DNA of 64,000 nucleotides from an uncultured bacterium (GTDB lineage Bacteria; Bacillota_I; Bacilli_A; RFN20; CAG-826): NCBI GenBank assembly GCA_949290395.1, contig CASERQ010000004.1, positions 85,598 to 149,597 of the forward strand, read 5' to 3'. Shown piece by piece: positions 28,273 to 39,248 of this stretch (position 1 is its first letter; each line of letters starts with the position of its first letter). The notes under the pieces were generated by a model. It saw only the letters and a program-made list of their open reading frames with translations, ran no database searches and was not told where the DNA came from. The position numbers and the translations under genes were made by a program.

Positions 28273-29985
28273 ATGGAAAATGTTGCACAAAAAAATTACG
28301 AAAAATGGTTAACTAGCGAATGTGTTTCAGAAAGTGATAAAGAAACATTAAGAGCTATGTCGAGTGCTGATATTGATGATGCTTTTTTCCAAAACATTAA
28401 ATTTGGTACTGCAGGTATGAGAGGGGTACTTGGTCCAGGAACAAACCGTATCAACTCTTTTACAATTAGAAAAGCTTGTGTTGGCTTTGGACTTTATCTT
28501 TTAAAGCATTATCCATTTCCTCAAAGCTGCGTTATCTCTCACGATAACAGATATTTTTCTAGAGAATTTACTTTAGAGAGTGCTGAAATCTTAAATAAGA
28601 TGGGCATTAATACTTTCATCTTTGATTCATTAAGACCAACTCCAGAATTAAGCTATGCAGTTAGAGCTAAGAAAGCAAGTGGTGGCATTATGATCACAGC
28701 AAGTCACAATCCAAAAAGTGACAATGGCTTTAAAGTTTATGATGAATTTGGTTGCCAACTTGTTCCAGAAAAAATTAAAGATTTATTAGATATTATTGCA
28801 GGGCTTGGAGATGAACTTACTCTTGTTGTTCCTGAAGCTGATAAAAAGGGAGAAAACTTCATTCTTCCTAAATCAATTGATGATAACTATGTTGATTTAT
28901 GTAAATCAGTTCAAGTTAATCCAGATTTAGATAAAAAAGATTTCAAGATTGTTTATACTCCAAATCATGGAACAAGCTATGTTAATGCGATGAGAGTCTT
29001 CCATGAATGTGGATATGAAGTTTATCCAGTTTTATTGCAATGTAATCCAGATCCAGCCTTTAGTGGAACACTTTCTCCAAATCCAGAAGATCCAAGAAGT
29101 TATATTGAACCAATTAAACTTGCTAAAAAAGTTGATGCCGATATTATCTGTATGACTGATCCTGATGGAGATAGAGTAGGACTTGCTTGTAAAGATGGGA
29201 AAGGTGATTACATCTTAATTACAGGAAATGAAGGCGCAGCAATCTTACTTGATTACATTATTAAAGAAAGAAAAAGAAAAGATGAAATGCCAAGCGATCC
29301 TGTTGTTTATAACACAGTTGTTTCTTCAGCACTTGGAAGAGAAATTTGTGATCACTATGGCGTTAAATGTGAATCTTTCTTAACTGGTTTTAAATTTATT
29401 GGCGATAGAATCCATCATTATGAAGTTAATGGTGGTCCACAATTTATCTTTGGTTATGAAGAAAGTTATGGCTGCTTAATTAAACCTTTTGTTAGAGATA
29501 AAGATGGAATTCAAGCAATTCTTTTATATTGCGAAGCCGCTTTACGGTATAAGAAACATGGTTTAACTCTTTATGAAGCATATGAAAAGTTAGGCGAAAC
29601 TTATGGCCAACATAAGGCTAAACTTTATAACATTTACTTTAAAGGAAGTAGTGGCCAAGAAGAGATGAACGCCATCATGAAAGGTCTTGAATCAAACCCA
29701 TTTAAAGAGTTGTGTTGTTATAAAGTTAAAGTTATTGAAAACTACTTTAACTTAACAAGATACAATTTAGATACTAAAGAATCTTCAACAATTGAAAACT
29801 TACCACACGGCGATTTAATTAAATTTATCTTTGAAGATAGAAGTTCAATCTGTGTGAGACCAAGTGGCACTGAACCAAAATGTAAGTTCTATATTGAAGT
29901 AGTTGATGAAACTTTAACTAAAGCTGATGAAAGATGCGATAAGTTCTATAAAGAGCTTCTCGCTGTCTTAAAAATCGAAAAATAA
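28273..29985 (+). CDS. Phosphoglucomutase/phosphomannomutase (alpha-D-phosphohexomutase family)
   Basis: Active-site loop ITASHNPKSDNGFKVY, metal-binding DPDGDR, sugar-binding GYEESYG. ATG 28273 preferred over GTG 28264. Confidence 0.8.
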   Translation: MENVAQKNYEKWLTSECVSESDKETLRAMSSADIDDAFFQNIKFGTAGMRGVLGPGTNRINSFTIRKACVGFGLYLLKHYPFPQSCVISHDNRYFSREFTLESAEILNKMGINTFIFDSLRPTPELSYAVRAKKASGGIMITASHNPKSDNGFKVYDEFGCQLVPEKIKDLLDIIAGLGDELTLVVPEADKKGENFILPKSIDDNYVDLCKSVQVNPDLDKKDFKIVYTPNHGTSYVNAMRVFHECGYEVYPVLLQCNPDPAFSGTLSPNPEDPRSYIEPIKLAKKVDADIICMTDPDGDRVGLACKDGKGDYILITGNEGAAILLDYIIKERKRKDEMPSDPVVYNTVVSSALGREICDHYGVKCESFLTGFKFIGDRIHHYEVNGGPQFIFGYEESYGCLIKPFVRDKDGIQAILLYCEAALRYKKHGLTLYEAYEKLGETYGQHKAKLYNIYFKGSSGQEEMNAIMKGLESNPFKELCCYKVKVIENYFNLTRYNLDTKESSTIENLPHGDLIKFIFEDRSSICVRPSGTEPKCKFYIEVVDETLTKADERCDKFYKELLAVLKIEK

Positions 29986-30008
29986 TTAAGTTTTGCAAAG
30001 ATATTTAA

Positions 30009-30036
30009 AAAACCGGGAGGAATTTCTCGGTTTTTT
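30009..30036 (+). terminator. Rho-independent terminator after the phosphohexomutase gene
   Basis: AACCGGGAG-gaattt-CTCGGTT hairpin plus T6. Confidence 0.65.
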
Positions 30037-30465
30037 AAGTGTTGAAAACTAATTAGCAATTTAATACTAATGAGATAATTTAATTTTTTTATTGTAATTG
30101 ATAACACAAAGTTTGAAGAAAATTTACTTTTCTATCTCCATCCTCTGGAATTGTATTTTCTGACAAAAATGTCTATATTTTTAATAGTTATTTTGGAGGG
30201 AGAAAAGTTTCTTTTCTTAAGTTATATGAAAAAAATTAATACCAATTTATTGTTACTTTGTGTCAGCAGTGTTCTAGGTTTAAGCTCTATTGCACTTTCT
30301 AGTACAGCTATTGCTTTAAGCACTCAAGTAAGTGCGGAAAAGGGAGAGACGGGAGAGCAAGGTCCACAAGGCGAACAAGGCCTTCAGGGTGAACAAGGAG
30401 AAAAAGGCGATAAAGGCGAGACAGGCGAACAAGGCCTTCAGGGTGAACAAGGAGAAAAAGGCGAT

Positions 30466-30568
30466 AAAGGAGATACAGGTGAACAAGGTCCTCAAGGGGA
30501 ACCTGGAAAAGATGGTAATGGCATTGAAAGCATAGAATTAACAAATTCATCTGAAGGCGTAGATATGG
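30466..30568 (+). repeat. Direct repeat copy 1 (103 bp, exact)
   Basis: AAAGGAGATACAGGTGAACAAGGTCCTCAAGGGGAACCTGGAAAAGATGGTAATGGCATTGAAAGCATAGAATTAACAAATTCATCTGAAGGCGTAGATATGG. The sequence recurs at 30894-30996 (spacing 428 bp, not a multiple of 3). Confidence 0.85.
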
Positions 30569-30893
30569 AAAAGATGGTGCTCAAGGAATTCAAGGTGAAA
30601 AGGGCGAAAAAGGTGATGCCACAGAAGTAAAAGTTGGTGACAACGGCAATTGGTTCATCGATGGCGTTGATAGTGGAGTAAAAGCCGAAGGAGTTCCTGG
30701 CGATACTCCATATATTGGTTCTAATGGAAATTGGTACATTAATGATGTGGATACAGGAGTTCCTGCACAAGGCCCAAAAGGCGACAAAGGTGATACTGGT
30801 ATAGATGGTGAAGACGGATTAACTCCTCATATAGGTGAAAACGGAAATTGGTGGATTGGAGAAACAGACACCGAAATTCCTGCTACTGGCCCA

Positions 30894-30996
30894 AAAGGAG
30901 ATACAGGTGAACAAGGTCCTCAAGGGGAACCTGGAAAAGATGGTAATGGCATTGAAAGCATAGAATTAACAAATTCATCTGAAGGCGTAGATATGG
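30894..30996 (+). repeat. Direct repeat copy 2 (103 bp, exact)
   Basis: Identical to 30466-30568. Confidence 0.85.
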
Positions 30997-33540
30997 CACA
31001 AAAACGACATTTACTGTTACAAATGGAAAAGATGGTATTTCAATTACAGGAACAGAAATTGATGAAAACGGACATTTAATTGTTAGTTTTTCTGATGGCA
31101 AAAAAGTAGATGTCGGTGAGATAGTGGATAAGACTCCTGATAAACATTTAGTTACTTTACATTTAGAAGATGATAAGATTTTTACTCAAGAAGTTTATGA
31201 TGGTGAAAAAATAATTTTACCAAATGATGGGGAATTTGCGGGATATATTATTAAAAACTGGCATTTTGCTTCTTTAGATGGTGATATCTGGTCAATAAAT
31301 ATAAACCGAGTTTATGAAGATATTGATTTATATGCTGAGTTTGAATATGAGACATATAATGTTACTTTCTTTGATGGAAGTTTCGGAAATGAAGTTGCAA
31401 ATCATACCTTTACTTATAATCAACCATATGTTTTGCCATCAATTAGCGAAAAAGGATACGAATTAAAAGGTTGGCAAACAGAAGATGGAACTTTGATTCC
31501 TAATAGTAGTATTTGGAATTTTAATGATGTCACTGAGCTATATGCTCTTTGGGATTCAGAAAAGTATACAATTACTTTAAATCCGAATGGAGGAACAGTT
31601 AGCCAAGAAACAGTTTCTGTTACATATAATAATGATTATGAATTTCCTATACCTGAAAGAGATGGTTACACTTTCTTAGGATGGTATGACTATCAAGATA
31701 ATTTTATAAGCGTTAAATCAGTATGGAATTACTCTGTCGAAGATTTAGTGTTAACCGCTAAACGGTCTAGTCAAGAAAGATTATTTGTATTAGATGCTGG
31801 TCGTGGGCAGTTCGATGATCCTACTTATTCTGGTAATCGAGCTGAAATAACAATAGAAGAATTGGGACTTTATAATTTACCATCTGCTTACTTTAACCCT
31901 TACCAAACTGCTTATGGTATATATCTAAAAAATTGGCTTTTAAACGGCGAAGCAATACCAATGAGTGGCGATGAGTTCAGGTATGCTGAAAGAGGGTACA
32001 TGGTTGCCGATTATGAAACATATACTGAAAGCAATAACGACTATTATCTTGAAGATTTTGGCGAAGGTTATTTAGTAACTGGTAGGAATACACTTAAATC
32101 AGAGCCTAAAGTTGTGAATAATCTTCCTCAAACTTATAATGGAAGACCAGTTATAGGATTAAGTTCTGAAGTATTTGCTTATTGTACATCATTAACAAGC
32201 GTGATAATACCGGAAGGATATACTGAAATTGGTTCAGGATGTTTTTGCTTATGTGAAAACTTAAATGCAATTAAACTTCCAAGAAGTCTTTTAACTATTG
32301 GTGATGGTGCTTTCGTAGATTCGGGTATATCCAGGATTAATTTACCGGATGGTCTCACTACTATAGGTTCAAGTGCTTTTTCTTTATGCTTTCTTGACGA
32401 ATTTATTATGCCAGATTCTGTTACAGATGTTGGTAGTAATTGCTTTTCAAACGGAGGTGTCACTGGAAATTTAAAAATATCCAATAATCTAGCGAAAATT
32501 CCTGACAGCTTTTTGGAGTATGGACATTTTGAATCTATTGAGGGCGGTATTAATGTACAGGAAATAGGCGAAGCCGCTTTTAGTTATTCCGGTAGTAATT
32601 TCGAATTCAATTTACAAACTTTGTGGCCAAAAGTAAGTAAAATAGGAAATTATGCTTTCCGAAGTGCCAGTCTTGGAAGCGTTTCATTAAATAAAAATCT
32701 TCGTGAGATTGGGGAAGGTAGTTTTCATACATTCTCATCTGATTCAGATTTAATTTTATACGACAAAGTAAACTCACTTGGTTACGAGGTTTTCTCAAAC
32801 GCCAATTTAAATTCAATTACTATTTTATCTGATTTGAGTGAAATACCAAATGGCACCTTTAAATCTGCCAATATAAACTCTATAAATCTTTTTGGCGAAA
32901 TTAATGGTCTAGGAGGATTTAGTTTTGAAACTTCAACTTTTGAAACTTTAGTCTTCCCGGATTCTTTGAAATATATAGGCAACCTAGCGTTTAACAATTG
33001 TCAATCACTAAAAGAAATTATATTGCCGGAAACCGTTATTTCAATTGATGATAGCGCGTTTATTGGTTGTACTAACTTAACTAAGGTTGATATTTCAAAA
33101 ACTAAAGTTGATTTACTGTGGAACACTTTTAGCGGTTGTAGTAATTTGGTTAATGTAAAATTGCCACAAACATTGAAAACACTTTGGCCTTATACGTTTG
33201 CAGATAATTCTAAATTAGAAAATATCGTATTACCAAATGGTTTAGAGGAAATAGGCGAATACTGTTTCGAAGGTTGTGAAAGTCTAAAAACCATTTATAT
33301 TCCAAAAAGTGTAACTAGAATTGGTGGTTATGCTTTCTCTGGTTGCACAAATTTAACAATATGGTGTGCAGTTGACACAAGACCAGAAGGATACGATACC
33401 ATGTGGTTTGGAGATGCACAAAAAGTTATCTATGGTAAGGAAGAATAGCTGTATTATTCGCATGTATATTGCTAAAAATAACTATATTGACAATTATATT
33501 TATGATTTTAAGGTAGAAATTATCTGAGTATTTAAAGAGA

Positions 33541-34356
33541 TTAATTCTTCAAAAACTTATCCAACGCCTTTATAACGCCATCTTCATTATTAGTAAATTC
33601 TGTTACATAGCGAGCAAGTTTCCTTAAATGGAGATGGCCGTTTTTCATAACGAAACTATTTTCAAAATCTCTTAACATTTCAATATCGTTATTAGCGTCC
33701 CCAAAAACAATAACTTCGTTTTTTGTAAAGCCATAATGAGCACTAACTTCGCTTATTGCCCTTGCTTTGGAGATGTTATCTTCGTATATTTCTCCATACA
33801 TATCCCCATCCCAATATCTAACTTTGATATCTTTAAAAGTTGATTCAACAAGCACTTTCATTTTTGCTCTTAATTCAAGATCATTATCAATCTTAAAAAC
33901 AAAAGTAAGAACGTCTTCCTTGATATTTTTATCAAGTGGTCCAGATACAATTTCAAGATCATCTTTTTCAAAAAAATCAAAGAGAAATGGGTCATCTTGA
34001 TCGATGTAAATTTTATAGATGTTTTCACTCATTACAGAATGAACAAATTTTGGAACTATTAAAGAATATAGGGCTTTTGCAGTGTTTTTTGATATAACAT
34101 GCCTTGTTTCATACTTATTATTGTCATCAAAATTCATTGAAAGATGCCCGTTATAAGTAATAACAGGAGAAGTTTTAAGTCCAATATCTTTATAATATTT
34201 TTTAACGCTTCTTAAGGCTCTGCCTGAAGTTAAAACAACTTTATGGCCATCATCTTCAAGCTTTCTAAGATATTCTTTTGAAGTTTCTGAAATTGTTTTA
34301 TCGTCTTGAAGAAGAGTTCCATCAAGATCAATACAAATGAAATATTTTTTATTCAT
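33541..34356 (-). CDS. Cof-type HAD-IIB family hydrolase
   Basis: ICIDLDGTLL (motif I) and GDANNDIEML (motif IV). Start likely the internal ATG (MNKKYFICIDLDGT) rather than the track start. Confidence 0.65.
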   Translation of the reverse strand: MNKKYFICIDLDGTLLQDDKTISETSKEYLRKLEDDGHKVVLTSGRALRSVKKYYKDIGLKTSPVITYNGHLSMNFDDNNKYETRHVISKNTAKALYSLIVPKFVHSVMSENIYKIYIDQDDPFLFDFFEKDDLEIVSGPLDKNIKEDVLTFVFKIDNDLELRAKMKVLVESTFKDIKVRYWDGDMYGEIYEDNISKARAISEVSAHYGFTKNEVIVFGDANNDIEMLRDFENSFVMKNGHLHLRKLARYVTEFTNNEDGVIKALDKFLKN

Positions 34357-35341
34357 GGACATATAAACCAACTGTTTTCTTAATTTTTGTGAGTGTCTTA
34401 TTTGCGACTTTACGAGCTCTTTCCTTTCCAATATTTAAAACTTCATTAATTGTGTTGTTATTTAAGAAAGCTTTATATCTTTCTTGGAAAGGTATGATTT
34501 CTTCTAAAACTTTATCGGCTACAATCTTTTTAAATTCACCATATTGATGAATATCTTTAAATTTAGTTTGAGCTTCTTCGATAGAAATATCACTTAAAGC
34601 AGCATAGATTTGGAGTAAATTAGAGATACCAGGTTTATTAACTGGGTCATAAATTATGTCGCTACCTGTATCAGTTACAGCCGACATAATCTTTTTTCTA
34701 ATGATATTTGGTTCATCTTTTAAGAAGATATCGCCTTTTGGATCACTCTTTGACATTTTCTTAGTTGGGTCGCTTAAAGACATAATTCTTGCGCCAACTT
34801 TAGGAGTAATTGCTTTAGGCATAACAAAAACTTCTTTGTTATAACGAGTATTAAATCTATGAACAAGGTCACGAGTTAATTCGACGTGTTGTTGTTGGTC
34901 TTCACCAACTGGAACAACGTCAGCATTATAAAGTAAAATATCAGCTGCCATTAAAACAGGATAAGCAAAAAGACCAACGCCAATTGCTTCGTGATTAAGT
35001 TTAGCAGATTTATCTTTAAACTGAGTCATACGGGAAAGTTCACCCATATAAAGATAGTTAATTAAAATTGAATTAAGTTCAGAGTGAGCAGAAACATCAC
35101 TTTGTAAAAAGATTGTTGTCTTATTAATATCAAGTCCACTAGCTAAATAAAAAGCAACAATGTCTTTAGTGTTTGATCTTAAAAAAGCAGGATCTATAGG
35201 AAGAGTAAGAGCGTGTAAGTCAGCAATGAAAACGTAGTTTTCATATTCATCTTGATATTTTTTAAATTCTCTTAAAGCCCCAATATAATTTCCTAATGTT
35301 AAATTACCTGTAGGTTTAATTCCACTTATTGACCTTTTCAT
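34349..35341 (-). CDS. trpS: Tryptophanyl-tRNA synthetase
   Basis: Class I aaRS motifs: GIKPTGNLTLGNYIGA (HIGH-region equivalent) and KMSKSDP. About 330 aa, start at MKRSISGIKPTG. Confidence 0.85.
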   Translation of the reverse strand: MKRSISGIKPTGNLTLGNYIGALREFKKYQDEYENYVFIADLHALTLPIDPAFLRSNTKDIVAFYLASGLDINKTTIFLQSDVSAHSELNSILINYLYMGELSRMTQFKDKSAKLNHEAIGVGLFAYPVLMAADILLYNADVVPVGEDQQQHVELTRDLVHRFNTRYNKEVFVMPKAITPKVGARIMSLSDPTKKMSKSDPKGDIFLKDEPNIIRKKIMSAVTDTGSDIIYDPVNKPGISNLLQIYAALSDISIEEAQTKFKDIHQYGEFKKIVADKVLEEIIPFQERYKAFLNNNTINEVLNIGKERARKVANKTLTKIKKTVGLYVHE

Positions 35342-35487
35342 AATCTCACCTCGCTTAATTATTATAGACAATATTAAGGATTTTACATTGAAAAAAGGAA
35401 AAAAGAGAAAATTTTTTTCTGAAAATGTCGCTTAAAAAGTGAATGAAGTGCTTTATTATGATATTATTTTTTCGGAGCAAAAACGCT

Positions 35488-36819
35488 ATGGATATTAAAT
35501 TTTATAACTCATTAAGTGGAAAAGTAGAATTATTTAAACCTATTAAAGAAAACGAGGTTTCAATCTATGTTTGTGGACCAACAGTTTATAACCATCCTCA
35601 TATTGGAAACATGCGTCCAGTTGTCTTTTTTGATACTTTCAGAAAATTTTTAGAAAGAGTTGGCTACACTGTAAAATTTGTTTCAAATTATACAGATGTC
35701 GATGACAAAATTATTAAAAAAGCTATTGAAGAACATAAAAGCGAAAAAGACATTACAGACTATTTTATTTCTGAATATGAAAAGTGTTTAGATGCTTTTA
35801 ATGTTTCAAAAGCTTATGAAAATCCTCGTGTTACAGAATATATTCCTTCAATTATTAATTACATTGATGGTCTTGTTAAAAAAGAAGCTGCGTATGTAAA
35901 TGATGGGGAAGTATTTTTTGACGTTACAAAAGATAAAAGCTATGGATGTTTATCTAAGATAAACGTTGATGATTTAATAAGTGGCGCTCGTATTGAACAA
36001 AATTCAAAGAAAAAATCGCCTCTTGATTTCTTACTTTGGAAAGAAACAGAAGAAGGAATTAAATGGAGTTCTCCATGGTGCGATGGACGTCCTGGATGGC
36101 ACACGGAGTGCTGCGTTATGATTGATACAATCTTTAAAGGAATGATTGATATTCATGGTGGTGGATTTGATTTAAAATTCCCACATCATGAAAATGAAAT
36201 TGCTCAAGCTGAAGCTATGCATAACGATAAAATCGCAAATTATTGGCTCCATACAGGCATGATGGATATTAAAGGCGAAAAGATGTCGAAGTCTTTAGGA
36301 AACGTTATTTTAGCAAAAGATGCCATCAAAGAATATGGCGCTGATACTATTAGACTTTTACTTTTAAATTGCGGATATAGAACAACTTTAAATTTCAGTG
36401 ATGATACTATTAAAGATTGCGCTTCAATCTTACAAAAATTCAGTTGTGTTTATAAGCAGCTCAATCTTTTATTAAATGTAAATAACCTTGAATTAAATGG
36501 AAAAACCTCTAAAACTCAAGTATTTTTAGAAGATTTAGCAAATGATATTAATATTCCAAACGCGATTACAGACCTTTTAGATATCATCAAAGAAGCTAAT
36601 GTTGAGTTAAGAAAGAAAGATAAAAATTTCGATATTTTAAAAGAAGATTTCTATGCATTAACTGAAATGTCTTATATTCTTGGACTTCATTATGAACCTA
36701 AAAAGATGTCAGAAAATGAGCTTAATCTTTATAAAGAATATCTTGAGGCAAAAGCAAATAAAGACTTTGCTAAGTCAGATGAATTAAGAAAGAGTCTTAT
36801 TGAAAAAAATATTCTTTAA
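35488..36819 (+). CDS. cysS: Cysteinyl-tRNA synthetase
   Basis: HIGH motif NHPHIGNMRP, KMSKSLGN, and the zinc-binding Cys/His pattern of CysRS. Start at ATG 35488 (MDIKFYNSLSGK). Confidence 0.9.
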   Translation: MDIKFYNSLSGKVELFKPIKENEVSIYVCGPTVYNHPHIGNMRPVVFFDTFRKFLERVGYTVKFVSNYTDVDDKIIKKAIEEHKSEKDITDYFISEYEKCLDAFNVSKAYENPRVTEYIPSIINYIDGLVKKEAAYVNDGEVFFDVTKDKSYGCLSKINVDDLISGARIEQNSKKKSPLDFLLWKETEEGIKWSSPWCDGRPGWHTECCVMIDTIFKGMIDIHGGGFDLKFPHHENEIAQAEAMHNDKIANYWLHTGMMDIKGEKMSKSLGNVILAKDAIKEYGADTIRLLLLNCGYRTTLNFSDDTIKDCASILQKFSCVYKQLNLLLNVNNLELNGKTSKTQVFLEDLANDINIPNAITDLLDIIKEANVELRKKDKNFDILKEDFYALTEMSYILGLHYEPKKMSENELNLYKEYLEAKANKDFAKSDELRKSLIEKNIL

Positions 36820-36900
36820 CTCATTGCATAACGGAGTTATAGCAATGAATTTTTAACTTTTAAAAAAAGTAAAAATAATTATATACAAGGTAGGAAAAAT

Positions 36901-37614
36901 ATGGTTTTATATGGTACTAACACCATCAAGGCTTGCTTAGAAGCAAAGACTTTAATTAAGGTAATGATGACTAAAGAGTTTTCAAACAAAGTTTTAATTA
37001 ACTCTTTAAAAGAAAGTGGAGTAAAAATTGAGTATGTTTCAAAAGAAAAACTTAATGAAATTGCTCCAGGCAACAATCAAGGCATCGCTGCCTTAGTTAA
37101 AGATATCTATCCTGTTAGTTTAAATGAAGTTATTGCACTTACTAAAAAGCAAAAGGAAAAAGGCGAGGTTCCTCTTGTTATAATTTTAGATTCTTTAACT
37201 GATCCTCATAATCTCGGTGCGGTATTAAGAAGCGCTGACGCATTTGATGCTAAAGCTGTTATCTATAAAAAGCATGGCAGCGTTTCTTTAAACGCCACCG
37301 TGGCTAAAGTTTCAACAGGCGCTATTAATTTTGTAAAGTGTGCTGAAGTTACAAATCTTACCCGCGCTATTGAAACATTAAAAGAAAATGGTTTTTGGGT
37401 TATTGGGCTTGATGGAGGAAGTAAAAGCGGTTTTAAAGACGTACCTAAAGACGCACCTTTAGCGATCGTTGTAGGAAGCGAAGGTTATGGAATATCACGC
37501 CTTGTAAAAGAAAACTGCGACCTTATTGTGTCGATTCCAATGATTGGAAGAGTTAACTGCTTAAACGCATCTGTTGCTTGCTCAATAGCGCTTTATGCTT
37601 TAAGAAACCGTTAA
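36901..37614 (+). CDS. rlmB: TrmH/SpoU-family RNA 2'-O-methyltransferase (23S rRNA Gm2251 methyltransferase RlmB-like)
   Basis: SPOUT motifs LVIILDSLTDPHNLGAVLRSADAFDA, GSEGYGIS and IPMIGRVNCLNASVACSIALY. Sits in the conserved position after cysS. Confidence 0.75.
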   Translation: MVLYGTNTIKACLEAKTLIKVMMTKEFSNKVLINSLKESGVKIEYVSKEKLNEIAPGNNQGIAALVKDIYPVSLNEVIALTKKQKEKGEVPLVIILDSLTDPHNLGAVLRSADAFDAKAVIYKKHGSVSLNATVAKVSTGAINFVKCAEVTNLTRAIETLKENGFWVIGLDGGSKSGFKDVPKDAPLAIVVGSEGYGISRLVKENCDLIVSIPMIGRVNCLNASVACSIALYALRNR

Positions 37615-38256
37615 TTGTATTTAGAAAGTAACGATCAGTTAAATGAACTCCTTTTGAAGGCAAAAGGAGGTTCAATATATCATCAAAAGTTACTTTATAA
37701 ACAATGCTTAATGCTTATTCAACCAATTTTATTTAAGTATTTAACTTATGCTTTCTCACTTGGTTTAAATCAAGGAGATCTTAAAAATCTCATGAACGAA
37801 ACTTATTTTAAGTTATACAAAGAAAACAAAACTTATTATGAGAATTTTTCTTCTTACTACAGAAAGAAATATGAATTTGATCTTTTAAATCTCTTTAAAA
37901 AGATGCGAAACAAAGATAATCTTCGTTTAAGAGAAGCATTATCTTTATCTTCAACTAGTGATACTAATTTTTTAGAAGAGCGACTTGCAGCAAGTATTAA
38001 TTATTTAAATGAAACTGGTGAATTAAAAGATAGAGAAACGCGCCTCTTACTTGATTATTTAGAGTCTAAGAGAGCTTATAAATCGATTGAACTAGAAGCC
38101 TTAAGAATGTATCTAAATGGGTTCACAATTCCCGAGATTGCTTCTTTATCAGGTTTAACCGAATATAAAATTAGAACTTATATAAAAAATTCAATCAAAA
38201 AGATTGCAAAAGATATCAAAGCAAAAGATATCGATGAAAATTCTAGACGTGCGTAG
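37615..38256 (+). CDS. Divergent sigma-70-family sigma factor (SigH-like), region 4 HTH recognizable
   Basis: C-terminal LELEALRMYLNGFTIPEIASLSGLTEYKIRTYIKNSIKKI (region 4.2 HTH). Occupies the sigH position of the Bacilli cysS-rlmB-sigH-rpmG-secE-nusG block. TTG start abuts the rlmB stop. Confidence 0.5.
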   Translation: MYLESNDQLNELLLKAKGGSIYHQKLLYKQCLMLIQPILFKYLTYAFSLGLNQGDLKNLMNETYFKLYKENKTYYENFSSYYRKKYEFDLLNLFKKMRNKDNLRLREALSLSSTSDTNFLEERLAASINYLNETGELKDRETRLLLDYLESKRAYKSIELEALRMYLNGFTIPEIASLSGLTEYKIRTYIKNSIKKIAKDIKAKDIDENSRRA

Positions 38257-38311
38257 TTAGTAAATTAAACTACAAAAAATTAAACTAATGTATAATAAAA
38301 ACGAGGTATAA

Positions 38312-38785
38312 ATGATGTTATATGAAGGAGAATATTTAAACGCCAAAGATTTATTGCTTCAATATCGTGATATTATGGAATATGAAAGTGAAGCAGCAAA
38401 AAAGCTTAAATCTAAAAAAGCTTATTTTAAATATGTTGAAGATCACCGTAAAGAATTTTCCCGTTTAGCAAATCTTAGAGAAACAATTCTCCACCTTTTA
38501 GAACATAACATGGATTTATTTACAGTTGATGAAGACACCTATCAATTAACCCAAGAATTTTTAGATGAAAATATTTCTTCAGCCGATGCATTAATTGATC
38601 AAACCCGTAATGAACTTACTGAAGACGAACTTAATTATTATGAAGAAATTAAAGAAGAAGTTTTAAGAACTGGTAGAGCATATGATGGCATAATTGAAGT
38701 GAGTCCACTTGAAGCTTTAAATGAAATTAAAGAAACTTATCTAAGATACCGCGAAGAGCTCGATGAGCATCTTCCTAAATGCTAA
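38312..38785 (+). CDS. Hypothetical acidic cytoplasmic protein
   Basis: 157-aa ORF with RBS GAGG. No motifs recognized. Confidence 0.35.
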   Translation: MMLYEGEYLNAKDLLLQYRDIMEYESEAAKKLKSKKAYFKYVEDHRKEFSRLANLRETILHLLEHNMDLFTVDEDTYQLTQEFLDENISSADALIDQTRNELTEDELNYYEEIKEEVLRTGRAYDGIIEVSPLEALNEIKETYLRYREELDEHLPKC

Positions 38786-38910
38786 AAATTTATTAACTTA
38801 TTGAAGTTATTTTGACTATATTAAATAAATAAACTGAGTTTTGCATGGTTTTTAAGCAAATTTAAATTTTTTGTTATGACTTATTAAAAGGATGTTTCCT
38901 GTAGTTAAAG

Positions 38911-38950
38911 AGATGAAATAGTGAAAAAATAGTGAAAAAATAGTGAAATT
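38911..38950. repeat. Short tandem repeat (AAATAGTGAAA about 3 copies)
   Basis: GAAATAGTGAAAAAATAGTGAAAAAATAGTGAAATTTT in the 520-bp AT-rich intergenic region upstream of rpmG. Confidence 0.6.
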
Positions 38951-39248
38951 TTTGGCCTTGATTCAATTGGATTTAGCTTATCTATTTCATTTGAGAGAAA
39001 AAAATGAGGCTTTTATAGAAGAATTTTGACTTAAGATATTAATGAAAATTAATTTTTAGCAAAGTTTTGCAAGGTTTTTTGCTTAATTTCTTATTTTTTT
39101 ATTCGTAAAATTTTATTCAAAATAATAGAAAACAATCATAACCTGCCTATCAATTTTACCTTAAAATGTCTTACTTATTCTATCCTAAACCAATCTCTTA
39201 AAAGCCTCTCCGCTCTTAATTTCCTTCTCCCATGTTTTCAATTTCCCG

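Larger units (their letters stand above)
30226..33448 (+). pseudogene. Large surface protein gene (signal peptide, collagen-like GXY repeats, GNGNW modules, Flg_new repeats, BspA-type leucine-rich repeats) disrupted by two frameshifts
   Basis: Three consecutive ORFs in three frames (30151..30630, 30747..31079, 31124..33448) encode one continuous protein if two frameshifts are corrected. Frame switches occur right after each copy of a 103-bp exact direct repeat. The downstream part has Flg_new-like YTITLNPNGGT...GYTFLGWYD and repeated LRR_5-like units (IGSSAFSLC..L..I.IP.SVT.IG..AF). Confidence 0.55.

Noticed and set aside
30308-31101. Minus-strand and alternative-frame ORFs (30308..30550, 30332..30535, 30492..30770, 30590..30787, 30883..31101) in the collagen-repeat region
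   Set aside because: These are shadow ORFs of the repetitive GXY coding sequence. They are explained by the frameshifted surface-protein gene.
35372-35487. T-box leader for trpS or cysS
   Set aside because: The trpS/cysS divergent intergenic region is only about 145 bp. It has no T-box consensus (AATTAGGGTGGTACCGCG-like) or specifier/terminator pair.
36879-37076. 65-aa minus-strand ORF overlapping the rlmB start
   Set aside because: It is antisense to a conserved SPOUT methyltransferase gene and has no start signals.
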